Shown: in pieces, positions 21,913-33,140 of the stretch
Layout: every line of letters begins with the position of its first letter
Position numbering within the stretch: position 1 is the first letter of the stretch
Assembly: GCA_963740085.1 (NCBI GenBank)
Contig: CAVUCU010000003.1
Location: 128,001-192,000 of the forward strand
Source of the DNA: Nitrospirota bacterium
GTDB taxonomy: Bacteria; Nitrospirota; UBA9217
Reading direction: 5' to 3'
DNA: 64,000 nt
The notes under the pieces: generated by a model
The model's input: only the letters and a program-made list of their open reading frames with translations
Databases searched by the model: none
Told to the model about the DNA's origin: nothing
Translations under genes and position numbers: made by a program

Positions 21913-24900
21913 CTATCCAGCACCTCCCTCACCTTTCTCAAAAGCTCTTTAGGGGCAAAGGGTTTGCGCATCACTTCCATCCCCGCCTCGATCTCCATTC
22001 TGCTGATCATGTCCATGGTGTAGCCGCTCAGAAAGAACGCCCTGACCCCGGGACTTATCGCCTTGATCTCCTCATACGCCTCTTTCCCGCTCTTCTTCGG
22101 CATAACCAGATCGAGAATGACAAGCTGGATGCGGTCTTTGTTCTCCCGGTATTTCGTCACCGCTTCATCCCCGTCCTCGGCGATGATGACATTATAACCA
22201 AAGGACTCCAGGATGAGTCTTGTCAGTGTCCTCAATGAGGGATCGTCCTCGGCCACAAAGATGGTCTCCGTGCCTCCTTTTACGCCGTCGGGGGCCTCGA
22301 TCTGTGCGCCGGATGCGCCCTTGTCTTCGATGAGCGGCAGATAGATCTTAAACGCGGTGCCTTTTCCTGTTTCGCTGTAGCACCGTATGTAGCCGTTGTG
22401 CTTTTTTACGATCTCATAGGTGATGGCAAGTCCGAGTCCCGTCCCCTCGCCGATCCCTTTCGTGGTAAAAAAGGGCTCGAAGATCTTCTTCTGTGTTTCG
22501 GCATCGATCCCTTTGCCGGTGTCGGCAATGACAATCAACGCATACGCGCCGACTTTGCCGTATCCGTAGGCGGCTATGTAGTCATCATCCATGTGCGCGG
22601 TTTCGGTCGTGATCATAAGGTGTCCGCCTTTGGGCATGGCGTCACGCGCGTTCGTTGCCAGGTTCATAAGCACCTGTTCGATCTGCGAACTGTCGGCCAT
22701 GACCGTCAGGGGCCTGTCGACAAGGTCAACGCGCAGATCGATATCCTCGCCTATGACCCGACTGAGCATCTTTTTGATGCCGGAGATGATCCCATTCACC
22801 TCAACCGGCTTCACCTCCGCAACCTGTTTTCGGCTGAAGAGCAGCAGCTGCTTGGTAAGCACTGCGGCCCGCTCGGCAGCGGCGAGCACCTCATGCATCT
22901 GTTCGCGTGAAGGGCTCCCGGGCGAGAGGTCTTCCATTATCATGCCCCCGTACCCGATGATCACGTTCAGGATGTTGTTGAAATCATGTGCCACGCCACC
23001 CGCAAGCTGGCCGATGGCTTCCATCTTTTGCGCGTGCCGAAGCTGATCTTCAAGTTTGCGGTGCTCTACTTCCTTCTGTTTACGAGCGGTGATGTCCTCA
23101 TAGATGCCCAGTATGCCGATGACCCTTCCAGCGTCATTGTGCATCGGCACCTTGAAGGTGCGCAGCCAGATGGTTTGCCCGTCGGGCGTAGTTTGCGGCT
23201 CTTCGAATCCAATCTTCTGTTTGTCGGAATCCATCACCTGCTTGTCGTCGGCACGGTATAGTTCGGCCTGTTTACTCCAGGCCATCTGAAAGTCATCCTT
23301 GCCGATCAAATCCTCCGGGCGCGATAATCCCGCATCGCGCGCAAATGCCGTATTACAGCCAAGATAGCGCAATTCGGCATCCTTCCAGAACACACGCAGA
23401 GGGGCGTTTTCCACGATTGAGCTGAGTATGTTCCGCGACTCAATGATCGACATCTCCGTCCGCTTTCGTTCGGTAATGTTGTCGAAAACCGCGACAAAAT
23501 ACTCCTTTTCCGTGCTATATACGGAGATCGCGAGCCAGCCGCCGAAAGACTCTGAAAATGTTTCGAACTGCTCCGCTTTGCCGGTCAAAGCGACCCTGCC
23601 GTAGATTACGAACAGCTCCGGCAGAGACTCTTGTATACCCGGGATCACTTCCGAAACTTTTTTCCCGATGACGTCCTTCAAGCCGGTCAATTTTTCGAAT
23701 GCGTCATTTACCTCGAGATAAATAAAGTCCCGGGGGACATCATTTTCGAACAGCATCCTGCAATACGCAAATCCTTCGAGCATGTTCTCGAACAGCAGAC
23801 GAAAGCGTTTTTCGCTCTTCCGCAGCGCGGTTTCCGCTTCATCTTGCGCCGTCCTGAGCCGGATCGCGTCAATCCCATAGGATAGATCTGCAGCCAGGTC
23901 GGAAAGCAATCTCACTTCACTCTCGGAGAACGGGTCCTGTTCCCGGGAGTATATATTCAAAGCGCCGAAGGCCTTCCCGTCTTTAAGCAGAGGAATGGCG
24001 ATCACGGAGGCATATCCGCGTTTGAGAGCTTGTTCCCGCCACGGCGCGAATATGGGATCGGCTAATATATTGCGGGACAATAACGGCTTGCCCGTCCTGA
24101 TCGCCGTGCCGGTCGGTCCCCTGCCCCGTTCGGTATCCGCCCACGTTATCTTCGCGGATTCAAGGTAGCCCTCTTCAAAACCGGCGTAGGCGACCGGTCT
24201 GACCGTTTTCCCCTCATCGTTTTGAGCATAACCGATCCAGACCAGGGCATAACCGCAATCCTCAACGATGACCCGGCAAGCCTCGTTCAGATACCCGCGT
24301 TCATCACTGGCGGTCATCATGGCCTTGCTGCTTCTGCTCTTCGCCTTCAATATCCTGTTCAGACCCCTGAGTTCCTCCTCGGCCTCCTTACGTTCCGTGA
24401 TATCCGTCCATACGCCTACGGCCTGTATCGGTCTGCCGGTCGCATCGCGCACTACGCGGCTGTTATCTTCGATCCAGTGGTACGCGCCATCCTTGCCGCG
24501 GATCCGGTATTCCGTTGAGTAACCTGGACCCTTCATTCCCTCGCTAACCACTGCCAGGATGCGGTCGCGGTCTTCCGGGTGCAGGACTTCCAACCACCAA
24601 TCATATCGACAGACATCGGGCGCGTTGTAGCCCAACAACCGTTGAATATTATCGCTGACGAACACGGGGGTCAGGCTCTGCCCGTCGATCTTGAGGCTGT
24701 AGATCACCGCCGGAGTGTGCTCCAGCAAATGGAGCAACTTATCATGCGTCTCACGTAATTGCGGCTCAACCTGATAGTGATCGCTTCTCTCATCGGCTTC
24801 CTTCAGCGCCCTGCGCACCGCAGGCGCAAGACGGAACAGTTTGGACTTGATCACATAATCCGTTGCGCCTTTTTTCACGGCTTCGATGACAACGTCTTCA

Positions 24901-25166
24901 CCGATGGTCCCGGAGATGAAGATAAAAGGCACGTCCGGACATTTTTCCAGTGAAACAGCGAGCGCCGACATGCCATCGAACGAAGGCAGGGTATAATCGG
25001 CCAGGACGAGATCGACGCCGCCCCGGTCAAGGGCCGCGATGAAGTCCGCTCTGTTGTCAACGCGGTGGATTTCGCAGTCAACACCCTCCTCGTTCAGCCT
25101 TTCCCGAATGAGCTCTGTGTCATTCGGGCTGTCTTCGAGAATGAGAATATTAAGCTTCTCGTTCAT
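21909..25166 (-). CDS. Cytoplasmic hybrid histidine kinase (REC-PAS-GAF-PAS-PAS-HisKA-HATPase-REC)
   Basis: N-terminal REC, PAS ends (DITERK), GAF (RGRGPTG), [21 protein letters not shown]-terminal REC. Confidence 0.93.
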   Translation of the reverse strand: MNEKLNILILEDSPNDTELIRERLNEEGVDCEIHRVDNRADFIAALDRGGVDLVLADYTLPSFDGMSALAVSLEKCPDVPFIFISGTIGEDVVIEAVKKGATDYVIKSKLFRLAPAVRRALKEADERSDHYQVEPQLRETHDKLLHLLEHTPAVIYSLKIDGQSLTPVFVSDNIQRLLGYNAPDVCRYDWWLEVLHPEDRDRILAVVSEGMKGPGYSTEYRIRGKDGAYHWIEDNSRVVRDATGRPIQAVGVWTDITERKEAEEELRGLNRILKAKSRSSKAMMTASDERGYLNEACRVIVEDCGYALVWIGYAQNDEGKTVRPVAYAGFEEGYLESAKITWADTERGRGPTGTAIRTGKPLLSRNILADPIFAPWREQALKRGYASVIAIPLLKDGKAFGALNIYSREQDPFSESEVRLLSDLAADLSYGIDAIRLRTAQDEAETALRKSEKRFRLLFENMLEGFAYCRMLFENDVPRDFIYLEVNDAFEKLTGLKDVIGKKVSEVIPGIQESLPELFVIYGRVALTGKAEQFETFSESFGGWLAISVYSTEKEYFVAVFDNITERKRTEMSIIESRNILSSIVENAPLRVFWKDAELRYLGCNTAFARDAGLSRPEDLIGKDDFQMAWSKQAELYRADDKQVMDSDKQKIGFEEPQTTPDGQTIWLRTFKVPMHNDAGRVIGILGIYEDITARKQKEVEHRKLEDQLRHAQKMEAIGQLAGGVAHDFNNILNVIIGYGGMIMEDLSPGSPSREQMHEVLAAAERAAVLTKQLLLFSRKQVAEVKPVEVNGIISGIKKMLSRVIGEDIDLRVDLVDRPLTVMADSSQIEQVLMNLATNARDAMPKGGHLMITTETAHMDDDYIAAYGYGKVGAYALIVIADTGKGIDAETQKKIFEPFFTTKGIGEGTGLGLAITYEIVKKHNGYIRCYSETGKGTAFKIYLPLIEDKGASGAQIEAPDGVKGGTETIFVAEDDPSLRTLTRLILESFGYNVIIAEDGDEAVTKYRENKDRIQLVILDLVMPKKSGKEAYEEIKAISPGVRAFFLSGYTMDMISRMEIEAGMEVMRKPFAPKELLRKVREVLDR

Positions 25167-25177
25167 GCCTGCTCTCC

Positions 25178-25623
25178 CTACTTGATGATCTCAGGCGGTG
25201 CTTCGTTAAAAACCGCCCAGAATGCGCCGAACGTTTTCATCGCATCGATGAATTCATGGAAATCCACAGGCTTGACCGCGAGCGTTCGCGCCGTTGCGGT
25301 AACCCTGCTCCAGGTCCCGCTCTTCCCGCGAGGACGTCAGGATCACACGGGAATGAACTTCAGTTTGTCGTCGGCCCTGACCCGTCTCAGCACTTCATGG
25401 CCGTCCACTTTCGGGAGCTTCAGGTCGAGAAGGATCACACCGGATTGCCGGGGGCACGGGAGGCGAATTTTCCCCGCCGGTAGAGGTAATCGAGGGCCTC
25501 TTCCCCGTCGCGGGCAACTTCGACGCCGTTCGCGAGATTATGCGCCGCAAGCGCTTCAAGCGTTAGTTCCAGATCATTCGGGTTGTCTTCCGCCAGCAGT
25601 ATTCTCTTCAAGTTAGTGGTCAT
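25178..25623 (-). pseudogene. Rcp1-like single-domain response regulator, frameshifted
   Basis: [14 protein letters not shown]...; shifted frames give [13 protein letters not shown] and VKPVDFHEF...FWAVFNEAPP. Confidence 0.8.
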
Positions 25624-27550
25624 ATGCTTTCCTCCTTGTTTTGGGGAGCGAGAACCGGATGGTAGCGCCTTCGTTTACGACACCTTCAGCCCACGTTCTC
25701 CCCGTGTCTATGGATAACCCGCCGTACATTGGCAAGGCCCACACCGGTCCCTTCGAAATCCTCGGGCTGGTGCAGACGCTGAAAAATATTAAAAAGCTTA
25801 TCCACATATTTCATATCGAATCCCACTCCGTTGTCCCTGACATATACTACCATTTCCCCATCCGTGTCAGAGGATTCGCATCCCACTTCGATCGTGGCCT
25901 TCGGGCGCGAACGAGTGAACTTGAGAGAATTTGAAAGAAGGTTCACGAACACGAGCTTCAGCATTGCAGGATCGCCCTCCACTTCCGGCAGTTCCCTGAT
26001 GTCCCAATCGATGGTTCTCCCCTTGCTGTCCTCTTTCAAATCGTGCAACGCATCATCTACAACGGTCCTTAGTTTCACCCGCGTTGCCATCATCTCGGTC
26101 CGTCCCATGCGCGAAAAGGTCAGCAGATCGTCCACAAGCCTTCCCATGTGCCTGGCCGCTGTCGATATTACCTCCAGATAATGACGGCTCTTTTCATCGA
26201 GCGTCATGGTGCGCTTATTCAGCAGATCGACAAAGCCGGTCATGTGCCGAAGCGGGGCACGGAGGTCGTGAGAGACCGAATAGCTGAAGGCCTCCAGTTC
26301 CTTATTAGCGACTTCCAGCTGGGCGGTTCGATCGTGAACGCGCTGTTCAAGCTCTTCATTCAGCTTATTGATTTTTTCCTCTGTTTGTTTGCGTTCGGTG
26401 ATGTCGCGCGTTACTTTTGAGAACCCGCGCAACCGTCCACCCCGATCTCTTAAAGCCGTTATGATCACGTTCGCCCAGAACCGGGACCGATCCTTCCGCA
26501 GCCGCCAGCCCTCGTCCTCGAAACGCCCGGCAGTAATCGCTTCTTGTAAATCCTGTTGTGGTTTGCCAAGTGCAATGTCTTCCCGAGAGTAAAAGTAATT
26601 AAAATTCTTGCCGATGATTTCATTTTCGCGATACCCCTTGATGATCTCGGCCCCCGAATTCCAGCTCACTACGTTCCGTCCGGGTCAAGCATGAATATTG
26701 CGTAATCGCTTACCCCTTCTATCAACAGGCGGAAACGGTCCTCACTCTCACGAAGCGCCTTCTCCGCCCGGACACGCTCTGTGATTTCCTTTTGCATATT
26801 ATCTATTGAAGTGTATGATTTCTTCAACCTCGCGGCCATTTCATTGCTCGCACGGGCGAGCTCCGAAAGTTCATCGTCCCCCTCTACTTCGATCCGATGA
26901 TCAAGGTTGCCGGACCGAGAATTCCGGCCTTCGCTCAGCGCAGTAATTCGTTTCGTAAAGATACTGTACACTGCATTGGAATTCGCGACAACGATTACAA
27001 CGACGCCGATAAAAAAGAAAACGATAAAAGCGTTTTCACGATCTCTCGCCCGTATGGCATTTTTCTGTTCTGCCTCGCGCATTCGCTTTATTGTGTCAGT
27101 CAATGCAGAGGCGTTTTGAAATACATGACTGAGCAACCTTGTCTCGGCCTCAGCAGAAAGAAGTTCCGCTCCCCCCTGGCGCTCATTTTTTTCGCGACTG
27201 TCAATGATCTTGTTGAACACGAGGACGGTTTGCACAAATTCTTCCCGCGCTTCTTCCAGCAACGCCTTCTCTCCCCTGTTCGTTAATAGCGTATCCGCCA
27301 GATCGATCAATTTTTCAAAATCTCCCGACTTGGCGATCCACTGGATCTGCGCTCGCGCCTCCTGATGCTGCAGATACTCATCCCTTAATATCGTCCTTTC
27401 AAAATGCATGGTCCGCATCTTTTCTACAAGACCTGTTTTTTTGTCCGCCTGGAGCACTTCCAAGTACGACCAAAGAAGAGAAAGCAATGCGATGAAAAGC
27501 ACGCCGAGGGAGATGTAGGAGTTAACTCTTAGCCTTGTCCTGATTTTCAT
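25613..27550 (-). pseudogene. Membrane HAMP-PAS histidine kinase (YSVSHDLRAP type) with several frameshifts
   Basis: Pieces 26669..27550, 25686..26669 and 25613..25807 join into TM-HAMP-PAS-HisKA (FSYSVSHDLRAPL)-HATPase (FQRLH, GTGVGL). Confidence 0.85.
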
Positions 27551-27563
27551 ACGTCATTATCCC

Positions 27564-28570
27564 CTACCGGATTATTCTGACCGCATCTGGTTTGACCGTC
27601 TGGAGGCCCTCAACATATATGAAGTCGAGGTAATTCGGAATGGTCCGGGCCGGGATCAGCCTGTTCTTTACCGCCCACCGCGACTGTTCCTCAAAGTTGA
27701 GAAGAAGGGCCTGGTCCAGTGTGACTCTAAGATTAAAGATATCCCATATCTCATCGAGGACAGGCTTGTCCGTTTTAATGAAATTTGCAACAAGCCGACG
27801 CGCCTCATCAGGCTTCTGCTTCGCGAATGTCTCGGCCTTGATAAGGGCGCGCAGGACTTTATTTACAGCTTCGGGATGCTTTTGAATATATTCTCGACTT
27901 CCTGCGAGGCAAAAGGTCTCGGTGTAAAACTCTCCACCATAAAAGGTTATCCTTGTTTCCGAGATCCCTGCCAAGTTGTCTCAAGGTGGGGTTCCATGTC
28001 GAGACGCGTCCACCTCCGTGTCGAGGGCCTCAGACATCTCATCCGGCTTCATGTCGATAAATCTGACCTGATCTCTTGACACCATGGACAAGAAGGAAGG
28101 AATCGGCAAAGAAATCCCCGTTGTGCGAACGTTACCCGATCTTTTTCCTTCAGATCAACGGGCTTCAAAATCCACCGGTCCTGCCTCGCAACAATGGCTT
28201 CATTCCTGCTGGCCCTCTGGATCACCGCGATCGTTGAGAGCATCTTCCGGCCATTATAGATAACAGAGAGGGGTATCTCCCACGGTCGCCAGGTCTGCCT
28301 TGCCCTCGATAACCGCATTGAGCGCTAATTTTCCGAAGAGATAGGACTGCGGCGTTGCAGCAGGCCTTCTTCTTTAAAATACTCATTTGCAAAGGCGATA
28401 TATACGAGGATGGCGTTCGATGCGGTCGAATAGGCAATGGTTATCTTTTCAGGCGGGCCAGACTGCCTTTGTGATGGTTTGCAGGCGCTGCTGAGGCAAA
28501 GGACCGTGACAACGGTCAAGATGGCGAGAGTCCTATAGAATAACTGTCTATTCCATCTGAATATTGACAT
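27564..28570 (-). pseudogene. NrtA/SsuA/NMT1-type substrate-binding lipoprotein, fragmented by multiple indels
   Basis: Lipobox LSSAC, KITIAYS, YIAFANEYFKEEGL; C-terminal LDQALLLNFEEQSRWA...PNYLDFI. Intervening frames are broken. Confidence 0.75.
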
Positions 28571-28624
28571 TAGCCTCTCTCCTTTTGAATATTCGGACGT
28601 GTTGCGGGCTTCATTGTCCCTTTA

Positions 28625-29243
28625 TCAGTTTATCCAGTCCTCATAGGCCTTTTTCTCGCACGCGGGGCACAACCCATGCGAAAATTCAACCTCGGCATGC
28701 TCACTGATATAGCTCTCGATCTGGCTCCAGTATCCGTTGTCGCCCCTGATCTTCTTGCAGCTCGCGCAGATCGGGAGCAGTCGCGAATGCCTTTACCCGG
28801 GAAAGCGCTTCCCGGAGCTCCACGATGAGCCGTTCCCGTTCCTCTTCGGCTTTTTTGCGATCTTCCTTCTCTTTTACCTCAGCCAGGGCCCGTGTCACCG
28901 CCGGCGCAAGACGCGACAATTTGTCCTTCAAGACATAGTCCGTTGCACCGCTTTTCAGGGATCGATCGCCCGGTCTTCACCACTGGCCTGAGACGAACAG
29001 GAAGGGGATATCCGGACATTTCTCTTTGCAGATAGCGAGGGCTGACAGACCATCGAAGGAAGGGAGTTTATAATCGGCGAGGACCAGATCGAATGCTCCG
29101 CGTTCGACGGCGGAGGTAAAATCATCACGGGTTTCGACTCGCACGATCTCGCAGACAACTCCCTCGTCGCCGAGCTTTTCCCGGATAAGCTCGGCGTCGT
29201 TATTGCTGTCTTCCAGATGAATGATCCGTATCAATGAGCTCAA
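28625..29243 (-). pseudogene. Response regulator with C-terminal Cys-rich tail (LPICxxCKKIR...SHGLCPxC), frameshifted
   Basis: REC N-terminus IIHLEDSNNDAELI, then coiled coil; shifted frame reads LLPICASCKKIRGDNGYWSQIESYISEHAEVEFSHGLCPACEK. Confidence 0.75.
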
Positions 29244-29598
29244 GTAAGCTCCGCGAGTATAACGTCAGAAGCGTGTCATCAGCCGGACGTCCTGTTGGAA
29301 TACTGAAGAAACCAGCCTTGCTCGAATATTTTTTTTACACTGCGATTGTTTTGGTTCTTTGAGGGTTGATGAGGTGAGAATGTTCACAACAGGTGTGCGT
29401 TACCGGCCAGGGGGGTGTATACTTTGTTACATGCCCGCATTCATATGACAATGTCCTTTATCCCAATCGATCACCGTTTTTACTTGAGAATAATTAAATA
29501 TATCATAGGAGGCTGTTTTTATCAAGCCGCATCTTCATCCGTGTCTTCATCCGCCTGATCCGTCGCGAATAATCCGCCCGATCCTTCCGTAAGTCTCG

Positions 29599-30630
29599 TC
29601 ATTTCGTGAACAGGAACTCCCCCACGTACAGGAGCAGCAGAATGAACCATCCGCCGAGGATGACGAACTCAATGGTCGCCCGGTAGGACACGCTGAAGTT
29701 CTCCGTGGCCATGGTGTAAACGTCCTCAAGGGTGTCGAGCTTTTCCTTGATCTCCGCCTTCCAGCTGTCCAGGTGGAATTTCTTTGAGATAAGCGTGTAG
29801 AGTTTCGCGGAATACCAGTCCCCTATCAGCTTGATGTTCCGCTCCACGGCCTCTGATTCCAGAATGGACTGGGTCCGGATCTCGATGATCTCCCTCACCA
29901 CCCTCCTCACCTCTGCGGAACGGATGACCGGTAGCTTCTTGGGAGCTTGTACGAGGCGAAGGGTCTTTTCGAGTCGCTCATCCAGATCGTAGTCAAGTAT
30001 CCGCGATTTCAGGAGTTGAAGGTTCGCGATCTCGAACAGCTCGATATTGCTGTCAAAATCACCGGAAGAGTCGAAGATGAAGGCACCGTCCCAGTCCACG
30101 ATCGTAATGTCGTCCTTGCCGTATTTCAGGTAGGCCGACAGCGTGGCATTCACCACTTCCTCGTCAAGCGCAATGCGTTCATTCTTGAGGAACGCAGCGA
30201 TCGTGTCCCCATATTGGTCCAGATACGCCTCGGGATCGCCGCTGTAGGCCGAGATGCAGTACACGCTGTACTCTTCGTCGAACTTCGGGTCGCAGCCAAA
30301 CTGTCCCAGGATCTTCCGGCATTCGTTGATGAGCCTTCGTTTGAGCTCCAGCGTGGTATCAGACAGAATACTGTCCATATCGAGCGTCGCTTCGACAACG
30401 ACCACATCGGGCAGATATGCCTTAACGATGAAATCGACCGTGAGTCCGCCGACCGGGCGTCTTTCCACTTTGATGATCTTCTGCCGGGGGATGACGTCAG
30501 GGTAGCTCGGGCCGCTCTTCATCGTCTTGCTCTCGACCACCTCAGAGGCCTCAAGGTTCATCGCGGTCTCACCAAAGAGGAAGACCACGAGTTCCCCGGG
30601 AACAGGTTGTATTTCTACTTTTGTTTCCAA
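29599..30630 (-). CDS. Conserved hypothetical protein with C-terminal TM helix (possibly RMD1/DUF155-like)
   Basis: 343-aa ORF with typical coding composition, SD GGAG, helical C-terminal half ending in one TM. Family call is tentative. Confidence 0.6.
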   Translation of the reverse strand: METKVEIQPVPGELVVFLFGETAMNLEASEVVESKTMKSGPSYPDVIPRQKIIKVERRPVGGLTVDFIVKAYLPDVVVVEATLDMDSILSDTTLELKRRLINECRKILGQFGCDPKFDEEYSVYCISAYSGDPEAYLDQYGDTIAAFLKNERIALDEEVVNATLSAYLKYGKDDITIVDWDGAFIFDSSGDFDSNIELFEIANLQLLKSRILDYDLDERLEKTLRLVQAPKKLPVIRSAEVRRVVREIIEIRTQSILESEAVERNIKLIGDWYSAKLYTLISKKFHLDSWKAEIKEKLDTLEDVYTMATENFSVSYRATIEFVILGGWFILLLLYVGEFLFTK

Positions 30631-30712
30631 TGGATTCTCCCAAAGTAACTTTAACTGATCGACCTTCTTATCAACCCAGACTCTTTCCCTGCCTTCTCGC
30701 CAGCCTACCTTC

Positions 30713-31243
30713 TCATCTTCTCAATTTCCTATCCCCGTCGCCATCCTCCGGCACTTCGGGCGAATAATCAAATTGTTTCGACATGAATGCCTGATATCCG
30801 AACACGGTCAGCGAAACAAGACCCCATGCCAGTCCCACGACCACGCTGCCATCAATGATCCCCCGCCAGGGCTGGGACAGAAGCCGTACCAGTATAATGA
30901 GGACGATGATCCCCGCGGTGACCGAGATGGACACGATCTGCCGTCTTTTCTTCGCATGAAAATACGCCATGCAGAAAAGTGGAGCGAATATGACATGAAG
31001 CGCGACAGGATGGTCCCGGAGATACCGCGCACGCGCGGCCACCCGGGGAGAAAACCCCTGCTGGAACGCCCGGTACCCCTCGGCATAAGCCATGAAAAAT
31101 AACATGAGCGCAAAGGACAGCCAATGATACCAGGACCAGTCATATGAAAAAGCACTGATCGCCAGCGGAGTCAGCCGGGCTATTGCGCTGCCGAGCAGCA
31201 GTGCGACCCCCGCAAGCCCCCAAAATGCCCCGAAAACACCCAT
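30713..31243 (-). CDS. Hypothetical membrane protein
   Basis: 176 aa, 4-5 hydrophobic segments, MAYAEGYRAFQQGFSPRV. Confidence 0.75.
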   Translation of the reverse strand: MGVFGAFWGLAGVALLLGSAIARLTPLAISAFSYDWSWYHWLSFALMLFFMAYAEGYRAFQQGFSPRVAARARYLRDHPVALHVIFAPLFCMAYFHAKKRRQIVSISVTAGIIVLIILVRLLSQPWRGIIDGSVVVGLAWGLVSLTVFGYQAFMSKQFDYSPEVPEDGDGDRKLRR

Positions 31244-31380
31244 CAGACCATCCCTTCCCGGATATTAACTCTAATCCAAACAACAAGAATATTTTGCCAA
31301 ATAAGACACAGAGAAGAGCTTGAAAGTAGTTTTAACCTGACTAGATACGAAATCTCTACCAAAATGCCTCCGAGGAACCC

Positions 31381-32187
31381 TCATGGTCCGAAGATATTCT
31401 GATCGAGGAACCGGTCCCACAGTTTTTTCCACGTGGACCAGTCATGCCCGCCGTCGATGGCGATGACCTGGTCCGGCGGCAGCAGCGATGCAAGGAGATC
31501 CTGGGCATAGGCGAAACGGTCGTTCGTGCCGTATCCCAGATATATCTTCGGAACGCACCCCTGCCTCTTCAGGCAATCCTTCTCCCCTGCCCTGAGTTGT
31601 CCCTGCTGGCTGCGCTCTTTCAGCCAGATCCAGATATGTTTTTCAGCATCTTCCCTGGTCTTCAAGGGGACCTCGCCAGGCTCCCATCTCAGCAGACCGC
31701 CGGAACTCCTGATCTCCTCAATGAGCTTCCGTTCTCCCAGGAACGGGCCTAACAGAACAACGCCTGATATATCGTCCGGGTGCTGCCATATATAGGATAA
31801 TGAGCCAAAACCTCCCAGCGAATTTCCGATCAACCATATGTGCTCATACCCTTTGGCCCTGGCGGGCCCGATCACATCCTCCCTGAGCCGCGTCACGATC
31901 GTTGCGTTCATATAATAGCCGATATGGGCATCCACCGATATCATGTCAACGGGAAGTCCGTGCCTTCGAACAGACTCGACAAAACCCTCTTTATCAAAAA
32001 CCGAGTTCCGGTCGCCGTTGCCGTGCAGAAACACAAAAAGCAGGCGCGGTCCTTTGACATCTCCGGCGCTATAACTGATCGTATCGATGGGGACCTTTGT
32101 CGCCGGATAGCAGCCGTAGATCAGCGTTGCCAGCAGCAGCGCAGTGAACATGTGATGGATAATGTGCGATCGGGAAGTATTCTTCAC
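31381..32187 (-). CDS. Alpha/beta-hydrolase (esterase) lipoprotein
   Basis: FLHGNG, nucleophile elbow GNSLG, C-terminal GGHDW, lipobox-like IYGC. GTG start after SD AGGAGG. Confidence 0.8.
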   Translation of the reverse strand: MKNTSRSHIIHHMFTALLLATLIYGCYPATKVPIDTISYSAGDVKGPRLLFVFLHGNGDRNSVFDKEGFVESVRRHGLPVDMISVDAHIGYYMNATIVTRLREDVIGPARAKGYEHIWLIGNSLGGFGSLSYIWQHPDDISGVVLLGPFLGERKLIEEIRSSGGLLRWEPGEVPLKTREDAEKHIWIWLKERSQQGQLRAGEKDCLKRQGCVPKIYLGYGTNDRFAYAQDLLASLLPPDQVIAIDGGHDWSTWKKLWDRFLDQNIFGP

Positions 32188-32384
32188 TGTCGCCTCCTGT
32201 TGAAACGGGTCGCATCGATCATCTGCCGTGACCCCTCCCATGTCCCTCGCTGAATCCACGCCCGGCTTGTTCTTCTCTTTTTTTGTTGCCGCGTTTTCCG
32301 TGTTTCCTCAAGACCATCACAAGTGCATCATAATTGTATCACAGGGAGCAGGGTTTTTCTGAAAATGGCAGGGTTATGCAGTTT

Positions 32385-32921
32385 CTACGTTTTTTTTGTG
32401 CGCGACGACGAGCCGTCTCCGAGCGCCTTGAGAATTCCCTGAAGCAGTGCCGTGGGCGTCGGAGGACAGCCGGGGATGCAGGCGTCCACGGGGATGACCT
32501 TGTCTATGCTTCCCAAAGACGCGTAACTCTCGCCGAATATTCCGCCGGTGCATCCGCAGTCGCCGACGGCAACCACGATCTTCGGCGTCGGCGTGGCGTC
32601 GTACGTTCTCCTGAGGGCGATCTCCATGTTGATCGAGACCGGCCCGGTGACCAGGAGCATGTCCGCGAATCGCGGCGAGGCGGTAAAATGAATGCCGAAG
32701 CGCTCGCAATCGTAGATGGGATTGTTGATGGCATGGATCTCGAGTTCGCACCCGTTGCATGATCCGGCATCCACCTGGCGGATCGCCAGACTTCCCCGGA
32801 AGCGCTGTTTGACGACCTCCTCGAGCTGAACACCGATCTTTTCGATCTCCGGATCGGTGATGGGAGGGACCGGCTCGGTGACGATGCCGGTGCGGAATAC
32901 CTGTTTAAGGATACGGATCAT
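32385..32921 (-). CDS. hyfI: Ehr/Hyf cluster B small subunit (NuoB/HyfI-like, 4Fe-4S)
   Basis: DAGSCNGCELE, SPRFAD, GDC, IPGCPP. Confidence 0.9.
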   Translation of the reverse strand: MIRILKQVFRTGIVTEPVPPITDPEIEKIGVQLEEVVKQRFRGSLAIRQVDAGSCNGCELEIHAINNPIYDCERFGIHFTASPRFADMLLVTGPVSINMEIALRRTYDATPTPKIVVAVGDCGCTGGIFGESYASLGSIDKVIPVDACIPGCPPTPTALLQGILKALGDGSSSRTKKT

Positions 32922-33140
32922 GGTGCTCCAAACAGAATAAAATTTAACCACAGAGACACGGAGACACTGAGAAAAGATAACTATTTATTGACGAGAGATT
33001 CTTCAGTCGCTCACGCTCCTTCAGAATCACAAAATGACGGATTCAATAATCTTTTTTCTCCCTTTCCCCCTCTTCTCCCTTTCTCCTTTATTATTTTAAT
33101 ATTTTCTCTGAGTCTCTGCGTCTCCGCGGTAAAGGCGACC

